Below, piece after piece: positions 1 through 9,048 of a stretch of 64,000 nucleotides of DNA. The stretch's first letter is position 1. The number at the start of each line of letters is the position of its first letter. The stretch is taken from NCBI GenBank assembly GCA_900315815.1, contig ONAS01000001.1, positions 1,690 through 65,689 on the forward strand, given 5' to 3'. Made by a program: the position numbers and the translations under genes. This DNA comes from an uncultured Eubacteriales bacterium (lineage in GTDB: Bacteria; Bacillota; Clostridia; Oscillospirales; Acutalibacteraceae). Below the pieces are notes generated by a model. It did not search any database, was not told the DNA's origin, and worked only from the letters and a program-made list of their open reading frames with translations.

Positions 1-1482
1 ATAAAGACAGACCATGTGCAGATCGCTCAGCGCGATAAACGACTCGTTTTCCGCGGCCAGTTTTTCGGAGCACGCCAGCGCTTTCTCAAACCAAGTCAGC
101 GCATCGGCGATCCTGCCCGTTTTTCGGAGTACCAGCCCCATTTTGCCGCAGTTGACGGAAAGATAGCGCAAAAAGAGCGCCTCTTGATGCGCGGCATATA
201 TCTCCTTGCTGCAGCGATATGCTTTTTCATACACGTCCCCGGCCTCATCCAGCCGATTGAGAAAGAACAGCGCGTCACCCAGATTTATCAGGGAAAACAG
301 ATAATACTCCGCAATGCACACATTCGGTTCGGCAGTATATTCTTTTTCACAGCAGGCTGTCAATCTCCTTTGCCACTCGACCGCCTTGTGATAATCCCTC
401 TCTACGCCCTCGCCGGTGTTGTACATGCAGACGAGCCTTTCGCAGGCTTCGATGAGATCCGCCTCTGCCGCCGCGGTGATCAGCGCCGCCGCCCGCTCAT
501 GATCGACTTCGACGTCGATACCCGAAAGGTACGCCAGTCCGATCAGATAGCTGTGCTGCGGATCCTCGCTGTCCACACGCGGGGAAAGCCGCTGTACCGC
601 CTCAAGCAGTCTGTCCTGCAGCGCCATGCCGCTGCAGGGCTTGACGGGGATCGGGATCCCCTCGTAGTGAAGGCTGAGCTGTTCGCTGTCTGTCGGCACC
701 ATCTCGGCGGGGATGATGGGTCTGCCTGCTTCGCGCATCGCGGGATACTCGTGCTCCATAACGAAATTCGGCTTGCCGCCCGGCATCTCCAGAAGATGGG
801 GCGTCACCGTCAGGACGAACAGATCGCTCTTTTCCAGCGCGTCGCGGATCGCCTGATTGAAGCCTTCTCCGGGGATGAGAAATTCGTCGTACCAGATGGC
901 GATATCCCTGCAAAACGGGATCCGGTGGATCAGCCGCATCAGCCTTTGGGCATGCTTGCGGTCCTTCTTGCGGTAGCTTAAGAAGATGTACGCGTCGAAC
1001 GCGCCGCGCACCTGCCGTGCGAGCTCGTCGCCGATGATCACGGATCCCAGATACTTGGTCAGCTTCTCCTCATACGGGATCGCGGTGAGATCGCGGGTGT
1101 TCTTCTCCAGAAACTGCAGATCGCCGAACCTGCGGGCATACAGCTCCTCAAGCCCGCTCTCCTGCATCAGCGGCAGGATCGGGATATGATGCGCGAGTGC
1201 GAACGGCACATCGACGTCCATCGCGCGGCACGGCTGAGTCAGCAGACGATAGGTGACCGGCACGACAAACAGCTTCATCTCACCGAGCTGCAGGTCATAG
1301 TCCTCAACGTCCTGCGGCATCACATCGCCGTCGAGCCAAAAGACAGCGCAGCCCTTCTGCCGGTCAAGGATCTCCCGGCGGATCGTTTCTAACGTTTGGT
1401 CATAATCATCGGGGTGCGCGGTAAAATAGACCTTCGGCTTTTCCCGCACCGACCGTTCGGGATAATATCGGAATCCTGACAT
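1..1482 (-). CDS. TIR-domain protein with Sel1-like and TPR repeats (3'-truncated by window edge; absent from ORF track)
   Basis: Manual translation from ATG at 1482 (RBS AAGGAGG) is open to base 1 (494 codons). TIR-like segment YIFLSYRKKD...IAIWYDEFLIPGEGFNQAIRDALEKSDLFVL...FVMEHEY. Sel1-like LVCMYNTGEGVERDYHKAVEW. TPR-like NLGDALFFLNRLDEAGDVYEKA and GRIADALTWFEKAL. Confidence 0.85.
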   Translation of the reverse strand, partial: MSGFRYYPERSVREKPKVYFTAHPDDYDQTLETIRREILDRQKGCAVFWLDGDVMPQDVEDYDLQLGEMKLFVVPVTYRLLTQPCRAMDVDVPFALAHHIPILPLMQESGLEELYARRFGDLQFLEKNTRDLTAIPYEEKLTKYLGSVIIGDELARQVRGAFDAYIFLSYRKKDRKHAQRLMRLIHRIPFCRDIAIWYDEFLIPGEGFNQAIRDALEKSDLFVLTVTPHLLEMPGGKPNFVMEHEYPAMREAGRPIIPAEMVPTDSEQLSLHYEGIPIPVKPCSGMALQDRLLEAVQRLSPRVDSEDPQHSYLIGLAYLSGIDVEVDHERAAALITAAAEADLIEACERLVCMYNTGEGVERDYHKAVEWQRRLTACCEKEYTAEPNVCIAEYYLFSLINLGDALFFLNRLDEAGDVYEKAYRCSKEIYAAHQEALFLRYLSVNCGKMGLVLRKTGRIADALTWFEKALACSEKLAAENESFIALSDLHMVCLY

Positions 1483-1917
1483 CAGCGCCCTCCTTATCTG
1501 TCACATTGATCGATTCCTGCGATTTTCTTCATTATAACACAACTGCAGGAAAATGGAACTTTCGCAAGAAAATAAAACGGTATCTTTTCGGATGCGCCGT
1601 CCATCTGTCCCCGATCGCGGATCACCCGGAAGGGAATTCCGATTTGCCGTACGCGGGAGATAGTATCACTGAACAATCACAACACACGCCGTGCGGGTTC
1701 ACAGACACAAAACCATTGGCAAAGGAGTAACTCATAAAATCGATTTTGTTTCCGGCATCTTCCGCGACATGAACTTTGAGCGCGACAAACTGAACCGACG
1801 CGACGCGACGCGGCTCATTACAGTCTGTCCCGATATCTCCGCGCCGTGCAGATCCCCGATCTGCGCCGGGGCGCATCGAGGACTCCTCTAACATCGAATC
1901 TGCCCCTACAACATAAC

Positions 1918-1949
1918 AAAAACGGACACCCCGTCGGGATGTCCGTTTT
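1918..1949 (-). terminator. Intrinsic terminator downstream of tRNA-Thr
   Basis: AAAAACGGACA-loop-TGTCCGTTTT hairpin immediately 3' of the tRNA. Confidence 0.8.
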
Positions 1950-1951
1950 CA

Positions 1952-2027
<76 letters not shown>

Positions 2028-2045
2028 ATTTCACAATGCTAGATT

Positions 2046-2074
2046 ATTCTACCACAAAGTTTTCAAAATTTCAA
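2046..2074 (-). promoter_or_regulatory. Sigma-A promoter of tRNA-Thr
   Basis: TTGAAA-17 bp-TAGAAT with extended TG. Confidence 0.7.
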
Positions 2075-2180
2075 TACCTAATTTCAAATATTCTTCGGAT
2101 TATCCAAAAAATCCGCGATGCAGTACGAAAATCACTCTCCGCCCCCGCAAAAAATTATCAATAAATTCATATATTCCCGC

Positions 2181-2209
2181 TTGTCATATGCAGTCGAAAA
2201 AGGTATAAT
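2181..2209 (+). promoter_or_regulatory. Sigma-A promoter of first FN3 gene
   Basis: TTGTCA-17 bp-TATAAT. Confidence 0.7.
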
Positions 2210-2245
2210 GTGCTTGGATACAACTATTATTCACAGGAGGCTACT

Positions 2246-4348
2246 ATGAAAAGACGACTTACAGCGGCGATCCTGACCGCCGTACTTCTCATGTCCGTGC
2301 TCACTACCGGCGTATCCGCCGCGACGGGCGACGACGATTCGGCAGTGCCTGCTGCTCAAACCGAGTCAGCCGCCGAAACCGTCCCTGCCGAGGCGTCCGT
2401 ACCCGCCGATACCGACGAGCCGGCACAGACGCCGGATAAGGACCTCAAGGCTGTTCCCGACGATACCGCCGCGCCGGCGCTCACCGCGCACAGCGACGCT
2501 GAGCTTGCGCCCACTGCGGATGCCGCCGATCCCGCGATCACCCGCGTCTATCCCTCGGTAAACGGCGCCACGATCCTTTGGTCCGCCTATGAGGGAGCGG
2601 CAAAATACTATGTATTTTCCAAGAACGCGGAGGGCAGATGGAAGGTCATCGGCTCCGCCGCCGCAGAGAGCTTTGAATTCAAAAAGCTCGCGAACAATAC
2701 CGAGTATACCTTCACCGTCCGCGCGGCAAACGCCGACGGCGCGTTCATCAGCGGCTACGACCGCGCAGGTTATGTCTACCGCTATTTTTCGGTGCCCAAG
2801 CTGAAGACCGTTTCCTCCGTCGTCGGAGGTCAGAGGCTCACGTGGGAGCCGGTAGAGGGCGCGAAGGGCTACAATGTCTATGTCAGATACCCCGACGGCT
2901 GGAAGTCCGTCTGCCTGACCGATAAGACCGCGTATCTCAATACCAACGTCACCTCCGGCAAGCAGTACCACTACACCGTGCGCTGCTGGGATTCCGACAG
3001 ACGCACCGCGGACAGCTACTTTGACCGTACCGGCATCACCGGCGTCTATATCGCTGCGCCTCAGATCAGCGGCTTTACGCCCGTCAGCGGCGGCATCGGC
3101 ATTCGCTGGGACGCGGTCGACGGAGCGACCCGCTACTGCGTATTCATGAAAAACAGCGGCAAGTGGAAAAAGATCGGCGCCACCGATAAGACCGCCTTCA
3201 ATCACACGGGCCTGAGCAATCACACCCTGTACACCTACACGGTCCGCTGCATCGACAAGAACGGCGAATTCTGCAGCGGCTACAACACCGCGGGCAGCGA
3301 CTGCCGCTATATCGCCCCGCCTCAGATCACCGGCGTCAATGACGGTCAGATCAGCTGGAACGCCGACGCCCACGCAGCGGGCTACCGCGTCTACCGCAAG
3401 GAATTCACCAAGAGCTGGGTCTGCCTCGGCAAGACCTACGGCACCGTCTTCAACGATGCGTCCGCCGCGAAAAACACCCTGTATACCTACACCGTCCGCT
3501 GTCTTGATACGGACGGCAAGCTCAGCAGCTACTTCACCGATACCGGCAAATACTACATCAACGGCGCGCTTGCCGACGGCACCTACACCGTAGGCGGCAA
3601 CACCTACCGTTTTGTCAAGGGCGAGGTCCTGCGTCAGGGCTACGTCACGATCGACGGCAAGATGTATTACTACAACGCTCAGGGCGTTCTGCAGAAGAAC
3701 GGTCTGGTCGGCTCCTCCAAAGAGGGCTACCGCTATGCCGATAAAAACGGCGTTGTCAACCTCAAGTATACCGGACTCGCTTCCAACTCCGCCGGTACAT
3801 GGTACCTGAAAAACGGCGTGCTCGACCGCACCCTGCGCGACGGCGTGACCATCGGCGGCACGGATTACATGATCATCAACGGCAAGGCGACCAAGGTCAC
3901 TACCGACAAGCAGTATACCCTGTTCCTCGCGCTGAAGATCGTCGCGAGAGTGACCGACAGCTCCATGTCCAAGAGCCAGAAGCTCAAGGCGGTATGGAAT
4001 CACCTGACCACAGCCTACGACGAGAACAATCCGCGTGCCGATTACTTCGGCATGGATTGGCCGGAGGTATACGCCAACGATATCTTTGAGGACGGCACCG
4101 GAAGCTGCTTCAGCTATGCCGCGGCGTTCGCGTATCTGGCAAAGGCAGTCGGCTACAGCCGATGCTACGCCTGCAACAGCGGCGGTCACGGCTGGGCAGA
4201 GGTCGACGGTCTGGTCTACGACCCCGAGTGGAGCATGCACAGCAGCAACTACTCCTACTACGCCATGAGCTATGACGAGCCGTGCGACGTCCCCTACAAG
4301 GCGGCGCTGTCCATCGGTTCCTCGTGGTCGCATGTCGCGGTCGGATAA
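2246..4348 (+). CDS. Secreted protein: signal peptide, acidic linker, 4 FN3-like repeats, cell-wall-binding-like module, C-terminal transglutaminase-like (Cys-His-Asp) domain
   Basis: RBS AGGAGG before ATG 2246. Four W...Y...YTYTVR repeats. GYVTIDGKMYYYNAQG module. GSCFSYAAAF / GGHGWAEVDG / YDP triad pattern. Confidence 0.85.
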   Translation: MKRRLTAAILTAVLLMSVLTTGVSAATGDDDSAVPAAQTESAAETVPAEASVPADTDEPAQTPDKDLKAVPDDTAAPALTAHSDAELAPTADAADPAITRVYPSVNGATILWSAYEGAAKYYVFSKNAEGRWKVIGSAAAESFEFKKLANNTEYTFTVRAANADGAFISGYDRAGYVYRYFSVPKLKTVSSVVGGQRLTWEPVEGAKGYNVYVRYPDGWKSVCLTDKTAYLNTNVTSGKQYHYTVRCWDSDRRTADSYFDRTGITGVYIAAPQISGFTPVSGGIGIRWDAVDGATRYCVFMKNSGKWKKIGATDKTAFNHTGLSNHTLYTYTVRCIDKNGEFCSGYNTAGSDCRYIAPPQITGVNDGQISWNADAHAAGYRVYRKEFTKSWVCLGKTYGTVFNDASAAKNTLYTYTVRCLDTDGKLSSYFTDTGKYYINGALADGTYTVGGNTYRFVKGEVLRQGYVTIDGKMYYYNAQGVLQKNGLVGSSKEGYRYADKNGVVNLKYTGLASNSAGTWYLKNGVLDRTLRDGVTIGGTDYMIINGKATKVTTDKQYTLFLALKIVARVTDSSMSKSQKLKAVWNHLTTAYDENNPRADYFGMDWPEVYANDIFEDGTGSCFSYAAAFAYLAKAVGYSRCYACNSGGHGWAEVDGLVYDPEWSMHSSNYSYYAMSYDEPCDVPYKAALSIGSSWSHVAVG

Positions 4349-4360
4349 TCAGCCTATACG

Positions 4361-4390
4361 GACGGCAGGATCTCCTGCCGTCTTTTTTTC
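4361..4390 (+). terminator. Intrinsic terminator
   Basis: GACGGCAGGA-TC-TCCTGCCGTC followed by T run. Confidence 0.8.
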
Positions 4391-4519
4391 TGCCGTTCAC
4401 AAATTATTCTTATTTCGCAAAAAACCTTGAAAATTTTGGCGATTATTGTATAATAGTAAGGTATAGGAGTAATCATGTCGGGAGATCACCCTCTCCCGCA
4501 GCAGATAAGGACTGATAAA

Positions 4520-6466
4520 ATGAAGAAAAGATTGCTATCCGCCGTACTGGCGATGATAATGGCGTGCAGCGTGATCCCCGCTGCCTTTGCCGCTCAGACG
4601 GACCTTGCGGATTCGAACGCGGAGGCCGAAACGGTCGAGGCGGCACAGGCACAGCAGCCCGCTGAGGAGACCGAAGCTCCGGCAGCAGCGCCGACCGAAG
4701 CGCTCACCGAGCCTGAGACCGAGGCGCCCACAGAGCCCGGGACCGAAGCGCCCACACAGGCGCCCGTGATCGTCAAGCGTCCGCAGAAGGAGCTTGCGCC
4801 CACGTCGCAGAATTATCCCGAGATCACCCGCATCGCGCCCACGGCAAACGGCCTGAAGCTGACATGGACCGCCTATCCCGACGCGTATAAATATTTCATC
4901 TTCATCCGCAACGCAAACGGCGGCTGGAAAAAGATCGGTACGACATCCGCGACCTCTTTTGAACACAAGGGCCTCACCTCTGACACCCTTTACGAATACA
5001 CCGTCCGCGCGGCTGACAGCAGCAACAAATTCATCAGCGCCTTTTTCACGGACGGCTGGGATTTCCACTATCTCGCGGCGCCGAAGCTCGTCCGCACGGA
5101 AAGCACCGGCGACGGCCTCAAGCTGATCTGGGATCCCGTCGAGGGAGCAGAGGCATATCGCGTCTATCTCAGAAGCGGCACAAGGTGGATCGTCGCGGGC
5201 ACCACGGACACCTCCTACTGTATCGATACCCGCGTCACCTCCGGCAAGGCGTACACCTTTACGGTCCGCTGCTGGGACGTTGACGAGGACATCCCCCTGA
5301 GCTATTTCGATACGGAAGGCTGCACCGGCACCTACATCGCGGCGCCTCAGCTGAAAACCTTCAGCGCTGTCGACATGGGCGTCACCATCACATGGAACAA
5401 GGTGGACGGCGCCTCCCGCTATGCGGTGTTCCGCAAGCTCTCCACCGGCTGGAAGCGTCTGGGCATCACCGACAAGCTCAGCTTCACGGATACGGGACTG
5501 CGTTATTCCGCCCGCTACACCTACACGCTCCGCTGTCTGAACAGCAGCAATAAATACATCAGCGGCTACAATACCAAGGGCTGGGCATTCACCCATCTCG
5601 CGCCGCCTGAGATCACCGATATCAAGTACCGCGACTCCAGATATACCATCAAGTGGGGCGCGCAGAAGATCGCCGCTTCCTACCGTGTATACCGCATGGA
5701 GCTGGGCGACAAATGGAGATATATCGGCTCGTCAGCGACCAACAGCTTCGTCGATGATAAGGCGAAGAAGGACGGCGTCTATACCTACACCGTCCGCTCC
5801 ATGGACGCCGACGACAACTACCTGACCTACTACAAGGAAAGCGGCCGCTATTACCGCATGGGACTGTTCGTCATCGGTCTTGACGGCACAGGACACCCCA
5901 ACACCAACCCCCGCTACACCTGTCAGGTGACCGAGGACGACCTGCGCGGCATGGTCGCGTGCATCGCGAACGGATGGCTCGGCGCGGTCGAGGGCGACGA
6001 GGTCCACGCGGACATCCTCGCCTACTACAACACCCAGATCCCGCTGCCCGTCGAGTACGAGATGCAGGTCCACGACGCGTGGTGCGCGGCATTCGTATCC
6101 GCGGTATGGCTCAGAGCGGGCATCGCCCGGTATATCGGTACCGAGTGCGGCTGCGGCAGATTCATTGACATCGCCGAGAAGCACAATATCTGGGTCGAAT
6201 CCGACGCCTATATCCCGAAGGTCGGCGACGCGATCATCTACAACTGGAGCGATTCCGGCTACGGCGAATGCGTTACCGGCGCGGATCACATCGGTCTTGT
6301 CACCGCTGTCGACGGCTCCGACTTTGTCGTGACCGAGGGCAACACGGGTACCGGCTACGTCGGCAGTCATGACCGTATCGTCAACTGCCAGTACATCCGC
6401 GGCTATATCACCCCGAACTACGACCTGATCGCCAAGCTGCTGACACTCAAGTCACTGCATACATAA
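4520..6466 (+). CDS. Secreted protein: 4 FN3-like repeats plus C-terminal CHAP-family amidase/endopeptidase domain
   Basis: Signal peptide MKKRLLSAVLAM. TEAP linker. FN3-like repeats. AWCAAFVS...PKVGDAIIYNW...DHIGLV...VTEGN is a CHAP signature. Confidence 0.85.
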   Translation: MKKRLLSAVLAMIMACSVIPAAFAAQTDLADSNAEAETVEAAQAQQPAEETEAPAAAPTEALTEPETEAPTEPGTEAPTQAPVIVKRPQKELAPTSQNYPEITRIAPTANGLKLTWTAYPDAYKYFIFIRNANGGWKKIGTTSATSFEHKGLTSDTLYEYTVRAADSSNKFISAFFTDGWDFHYLAAPKLVRTESTGDGLKLIWDPVEGAEAYRVYLRSGTRWIVAGTTDTSYCIDTRVTSGKAYTFTVRCWDVDEDIPLSYFDTEGCTGTYIAAPQLKTFSAVDMGVTITWNKVDGASRYAVFRKLSTGWKRLGITDKLSFTDTGLRYSARYTYTLRCLNSSNKYISGYNTKGWAFTHLAPPEITDIKYRDSRYTIKWGAQKIAASYRVYRMELGDKWRYIGSSATNSFVDDKAKKDGVYTYTVRSMDADDNYLTYYKESGRYYRMGLFVIGLDGTGHPNTNPRYTCQVTEDDLRGMVACIANGWLGAVEGDEVHADILAYYNTQIPLPVEYEMQVHDAWCAAFVSAVWLRAGIARYIGTECGCGRFIDIAEKHNIWVESDAYIPKVGDAIIYNWSDSGYGECVTGADHIGLVTAVDGSDFVVTEGNTGTGYVGSHDRIVNCQYIRGYITPNYDLIAKLLTLKSLHT

Positions 6467-6478
6467 TAAATCCCTTTG

Positions 6479-6512
6479 CGGAGTCGATGGATCCCATCGG
6501 CTCCGTTTTTTT
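6479..6512 (+). terminator. Intrinsic terminator
   Basis: CGGAGTCGATGG-ATC-CCATCGGCTCCG-TTTTTTT. Confidence 0.8.
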
Positions 6513-6515
6513 GTC

Positions 6516-6544
6516 TTGCCATACAACGCCGTACTGTGTATAAT
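6516..6544 (+). promoter_or_regulatory. Sigma-A promoter of third FN3 gene
   Basis: TTGCCA-17 bp-TATAAT with extended TG. Confidence 0.7.
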
Positions 6545-6572
6545 GTGATTGAAAAACACTCGGAGGTGCCAT

Positions 6573-8663
6573 ATGCTGAAAAAAGGACTCGCGTTTCTGC
6601 TTTCATTCATTCTGCTGATCTCCCTCATCCCCGCCGCCTCGGCCTCAAAGACGGCCGTCCCCGAGGAGCCTGCCGCGATCGGAGAGCCTGCCTCTCCCGA
6701 AGAACCCGCCCCTGCCGAAGAGCCCGCCCCTGCCGAAGAACCTGCCCCTGCCGAAGAGCCCGCCCCTGCCGAAGAACCTGCCCCTGCCGAAGAGCCCGCC
6801 CCTGCCGAAGAGGCGGATCTCGCCCGAACGTCCGCCGCGGCATATCCCTTCATCAGCGGCATTTCGCCGTCTGCGAACGGAGTCACCGTCCGATGGGAAC
6901 CGTATGACGGCGCGTCGGCATACTATGTATTCATCAGGAAGCCCGAGGGCGGCTGGAAGTACATCGGCAAAACCGCCGCGACCTCCTTTGAGCATCGCCT
7001 CAGCGCCGACAACACCGCCTATACCTACACGGTCCGCGCGGCGGACGCCGACGGCGGCTTCATCAGCGCCTACGATAAAAACGGCTTTACCTTCGCGTGT
7101 CTCGCGGCGCCCTCGCTTGTCGGCGTCGAGAATCTCGCGGGAGGCCAAAGGCTGACATGGAATCCCGTACCCGGCGCGAACGGCTACCGCGTCTATCTGA
7201 AAAGCGGTTCCGCATGGAAGGCGATCGCCGACGTCGCGGCTCCCTCCTATCTGTACACCGGGGCCGTGTCCGGAAGCCGGTATTCCTACACGGTACGCTG
7301 CTTTGAGAACCGCGCCCCGCGCAGCTTCTACGAGCGCCGCGGCATTTCCGCGACCTATATCGCCGCTCCGGTCATCAGCGGCTTCGTCCCCGTCAGCGGC
7401 GGCACGAGCATCCGCTGGAATGCCGTCCCGGGCGCGTCGCGTTACTGCGTATTCACGCGCTCCGGCAGCAAATGGAAGATCCTCGGCTATACCGATTCCC
7501 TCTCCTTCACACACAAGGGTCTTACCGACCGCACGCTTTATACCTACACGGTGCGCTGTGTCGACGGCAATGACCGCTTCATCGGCGCCGCGGCAAAAAG
7601 CGCCTCGTTCCGCTACCTCGCGCCGCCGCGCATTTCCTGTGTCCAAAACGGCACGATCAGCTGGAGCTCCGTCCCCTATGCTTCCGCCTACTGCGTTTAC
7701 CGCAAACCCTTCAACGGAAGCTGGGCGGTGATCGCAAAAACGTCGGCGCAGACCTATACCGACGCCTCTGCCGCACGCGGCACCGTATACAGCTACACCG
7801 TCCGCTGTCTGGATGAAAAGGGCAGACTGATCAGCCATTTCCTCAGCGACGGCATGTACTATTACAACGGCAATCCCGCCGACGGACGCATCCGGATCGG
7901 CTCCGATACCCTCAATTTCGGCGGCGGCAGACTCCGTCAGGGCTATGTCACCGTAGACGGCAAAATGTACTACTACAACGCAAAGGGCGTCCTGCAGAAG
8001 AACGGTCTGGTCGGCTCCTCCAAGGAGGGCTTCCGCTACGCCGACAAAAACGGCGTGGTCAATCTCCGCTACACGGGACTCGCGTCCAATTCCGCGGGTA
8101 CATGGTACCTGAAAAACGGCGTGCTCGACCGCACCGTGCGCGAGGCCGTCACATGGGGCGGAGAGGATTACAACGTGATCCGCGGCAAGGCGCACCCTGT
8201 ATCCACCGAGGAGGAGCGCACCCTGTTCCGCGCGATCAGGCTCGCGAACCGCGTCGCCGACCAAAGCCTGCCCAAGGAACGCCGCCTCAGGATCCTTTTC
8301 GACTACATCAAGGAAGCCTATGTGGAGATGAACCCCCGCCTGCCCGATTACACCGGCATGGACTGGCCGATCATCTACGCCAACGACCTGCTGATCTACG
8401 GCGAGGGCAACTGCCTGAGCTACGGCGCGGAATTCGCCTTCCTAGCGAAGGCGATCGGCTACGACGACGTCTACGCCTGCCACAGCGGCGGTCACGGATG
8501 GGCGGAGATCGACGGTCTCGTCTACGATCCCGAGTGGAGCAACCATGTCTTCACCTACAGCTATTACGCCTTGAGCTACGACGCCCACACCGACCAGGAT
8601 TATCGCGGCGCGATATCTCCCGGCTACGCGTGGATGCACATCAAGATCTGTCCCCACCTGTAA
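6573..8663 (+). CDS. Secreted protein: PAEEPA linker, 4 FN3-like repeats, cell-wall-binding-like module, transglutaminase-like domain (paralog of 2246..4348)
   Basis: RBS GGAGG before ATG 6573. GNCLSYGAEF / GGHGWAEIDG / YDP. Same architecture as first gene. Confidence 0.85.
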   Translation: MLKKGLAFLLSFILLISLIPAASASKTAVPEEPAAIGEPASPEEPAPAEEPAPAEEPAPAEEPAPAEEPAPAEEPAPAEEADLARTSAAAYPFISGISPSANGVTVRWEPYDGASAYYVFIRKPEGGWKYIGKTAATSFEHRLSADNTAYTYTVRAADADGGFISAYDKNGFTFACLAAPSLVGVENLAGGQRLTWNPVPGANGYRVYLKSGSAWKAIADVAAPSYLYTGAVSGSRYSYTVRCFENRAPRSFYERRGISATYIAAPVISGFVPVSGGTSIRWNAVPGASRYCVFTRSGSKWKILGYTDSLSFTHKGLTDRTLYTYTVRCVDGNDRFIGAAAKSASFRYLAPPRISCVQNGTISWSSVPYASAYCVYRKPFNGSWAVIAKTSAQTYTDASAARGTVYSYTVRCLDEKGRLISHFLSDGMYYYNGNPADGRIRIGSDTLNFGGGRLRQGYVTVDGKMYYYNAKGVLQKNGLVGSSKEGFRYADKNGVVNLRYTGLASNSAGTWYLKNGVLDRTVREAVTWGGEDYNVIRGKAHPVSTEEERTLFRAIRLANRVADQSLPKERRLRILFDYIKEAYVEMNPRLPDYTGMDWPIIYANDLLIYGEGNCLSYGAEFAFLAKAIGYDDVYACHSGGHGWAEIDGLVYDPEWSNHVFTYSYYALSYDAHTDQDYRGAISPGYAWMHIKICPHL
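6699..6812 (+). repeat. 18-bp in-frame tandem repeat x6 (EEPAPA)
   Basis: GAAGARCCYGCCCCTGCC repeated six times plus a partial unit. Confidence 0.95.
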
Positions 8664-8667
8664 GCAC

Positions 8668-8702
8668 AAAACGCTGATCGGATCTTCCGGTCAGCGTTTT
8701 TT
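8668..8702. terminator. Bidirectional terminator between FN3 gene and ars operon
   Basis: AAAACGCTGATCGG-ATCTT-CCGGTCAGCGTTTTTT. Confidence 0.85.
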
Positions 8703-8711
8703 CTTCGGTAT

Positions 8712-9035
8712 TCAGCGGATCAGCTTTTCGATCTCCGCCGGTCGCAGGATCCTTCCCGCAGAGAACACCCTTCCGTTCACGACCAGCGCCGGCATCGTCA
8801 TCACGCCGTACTGCATCACGCGTTCCATATCGGTGATGTACTCGACCTCAACACCCAGCCCCGCGTTCTGCACCGCCTGCTTTGCGTTTTCATACATCTG
8901 ATGACACGATCTGCACCCGGCTCCCAGCACCTTGACGTCGGTGACCGCCTCCGATACCGCCTTTACATCCTCTGCCGCGGCGTTCTGACAACAGCAGCAG
9001 GGCTTTTCTTCCTTTTTCCGATGGAATAATGACAT
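8712..9035 (-). CDS. Small thioredoxin-like redox-active disulfide protein (ars-associated)
   Basis: VKVLGAGCRSC CxxC motif; GVMTMPALVVNG; Cys-rich N-terminus PCCCC. Confidence 0.85.
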   Translation of the reverse strand: MSLFHRKKEEKPCCCCQNAAAEDVKAVSEAVTDVKVLGAGCRSCHQMYENAKQAVQNAGLGVEVEYITDMERVMQYGVMTMPALVVNGRVFSAGRILRPAEIEKLIR

Positions 9036-9048
9036 GGTTTACCTCCGT

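Noticed and set aside
16-981. 321-aa plus-strand ORF
   Set aside because: Antisense shadow of the TIR-TPR gene, which has the RBS and recognisable motifs
1622-1894. 90-aa minus-strand ORF and overlapping plus-strand ORFs
   Set aside because: No recognisable motif; the start lies inside a palindromic element; cannot be supported as coding
6699-6812. Tandem repeats (also 13771, 22700, 49170) as CRISPR arrays
   Set aside because: In-frame coding repeats without unique spacers; no cas genes
2366-8264. Long antisense ORFs (655, 353, 539 aa) over the FN3 genes, and similar ones over alsT, lepA, gyrA and others
   Set aside because: Typical antisense open frames caused by high GC3 codon bias; no motifs or RBS
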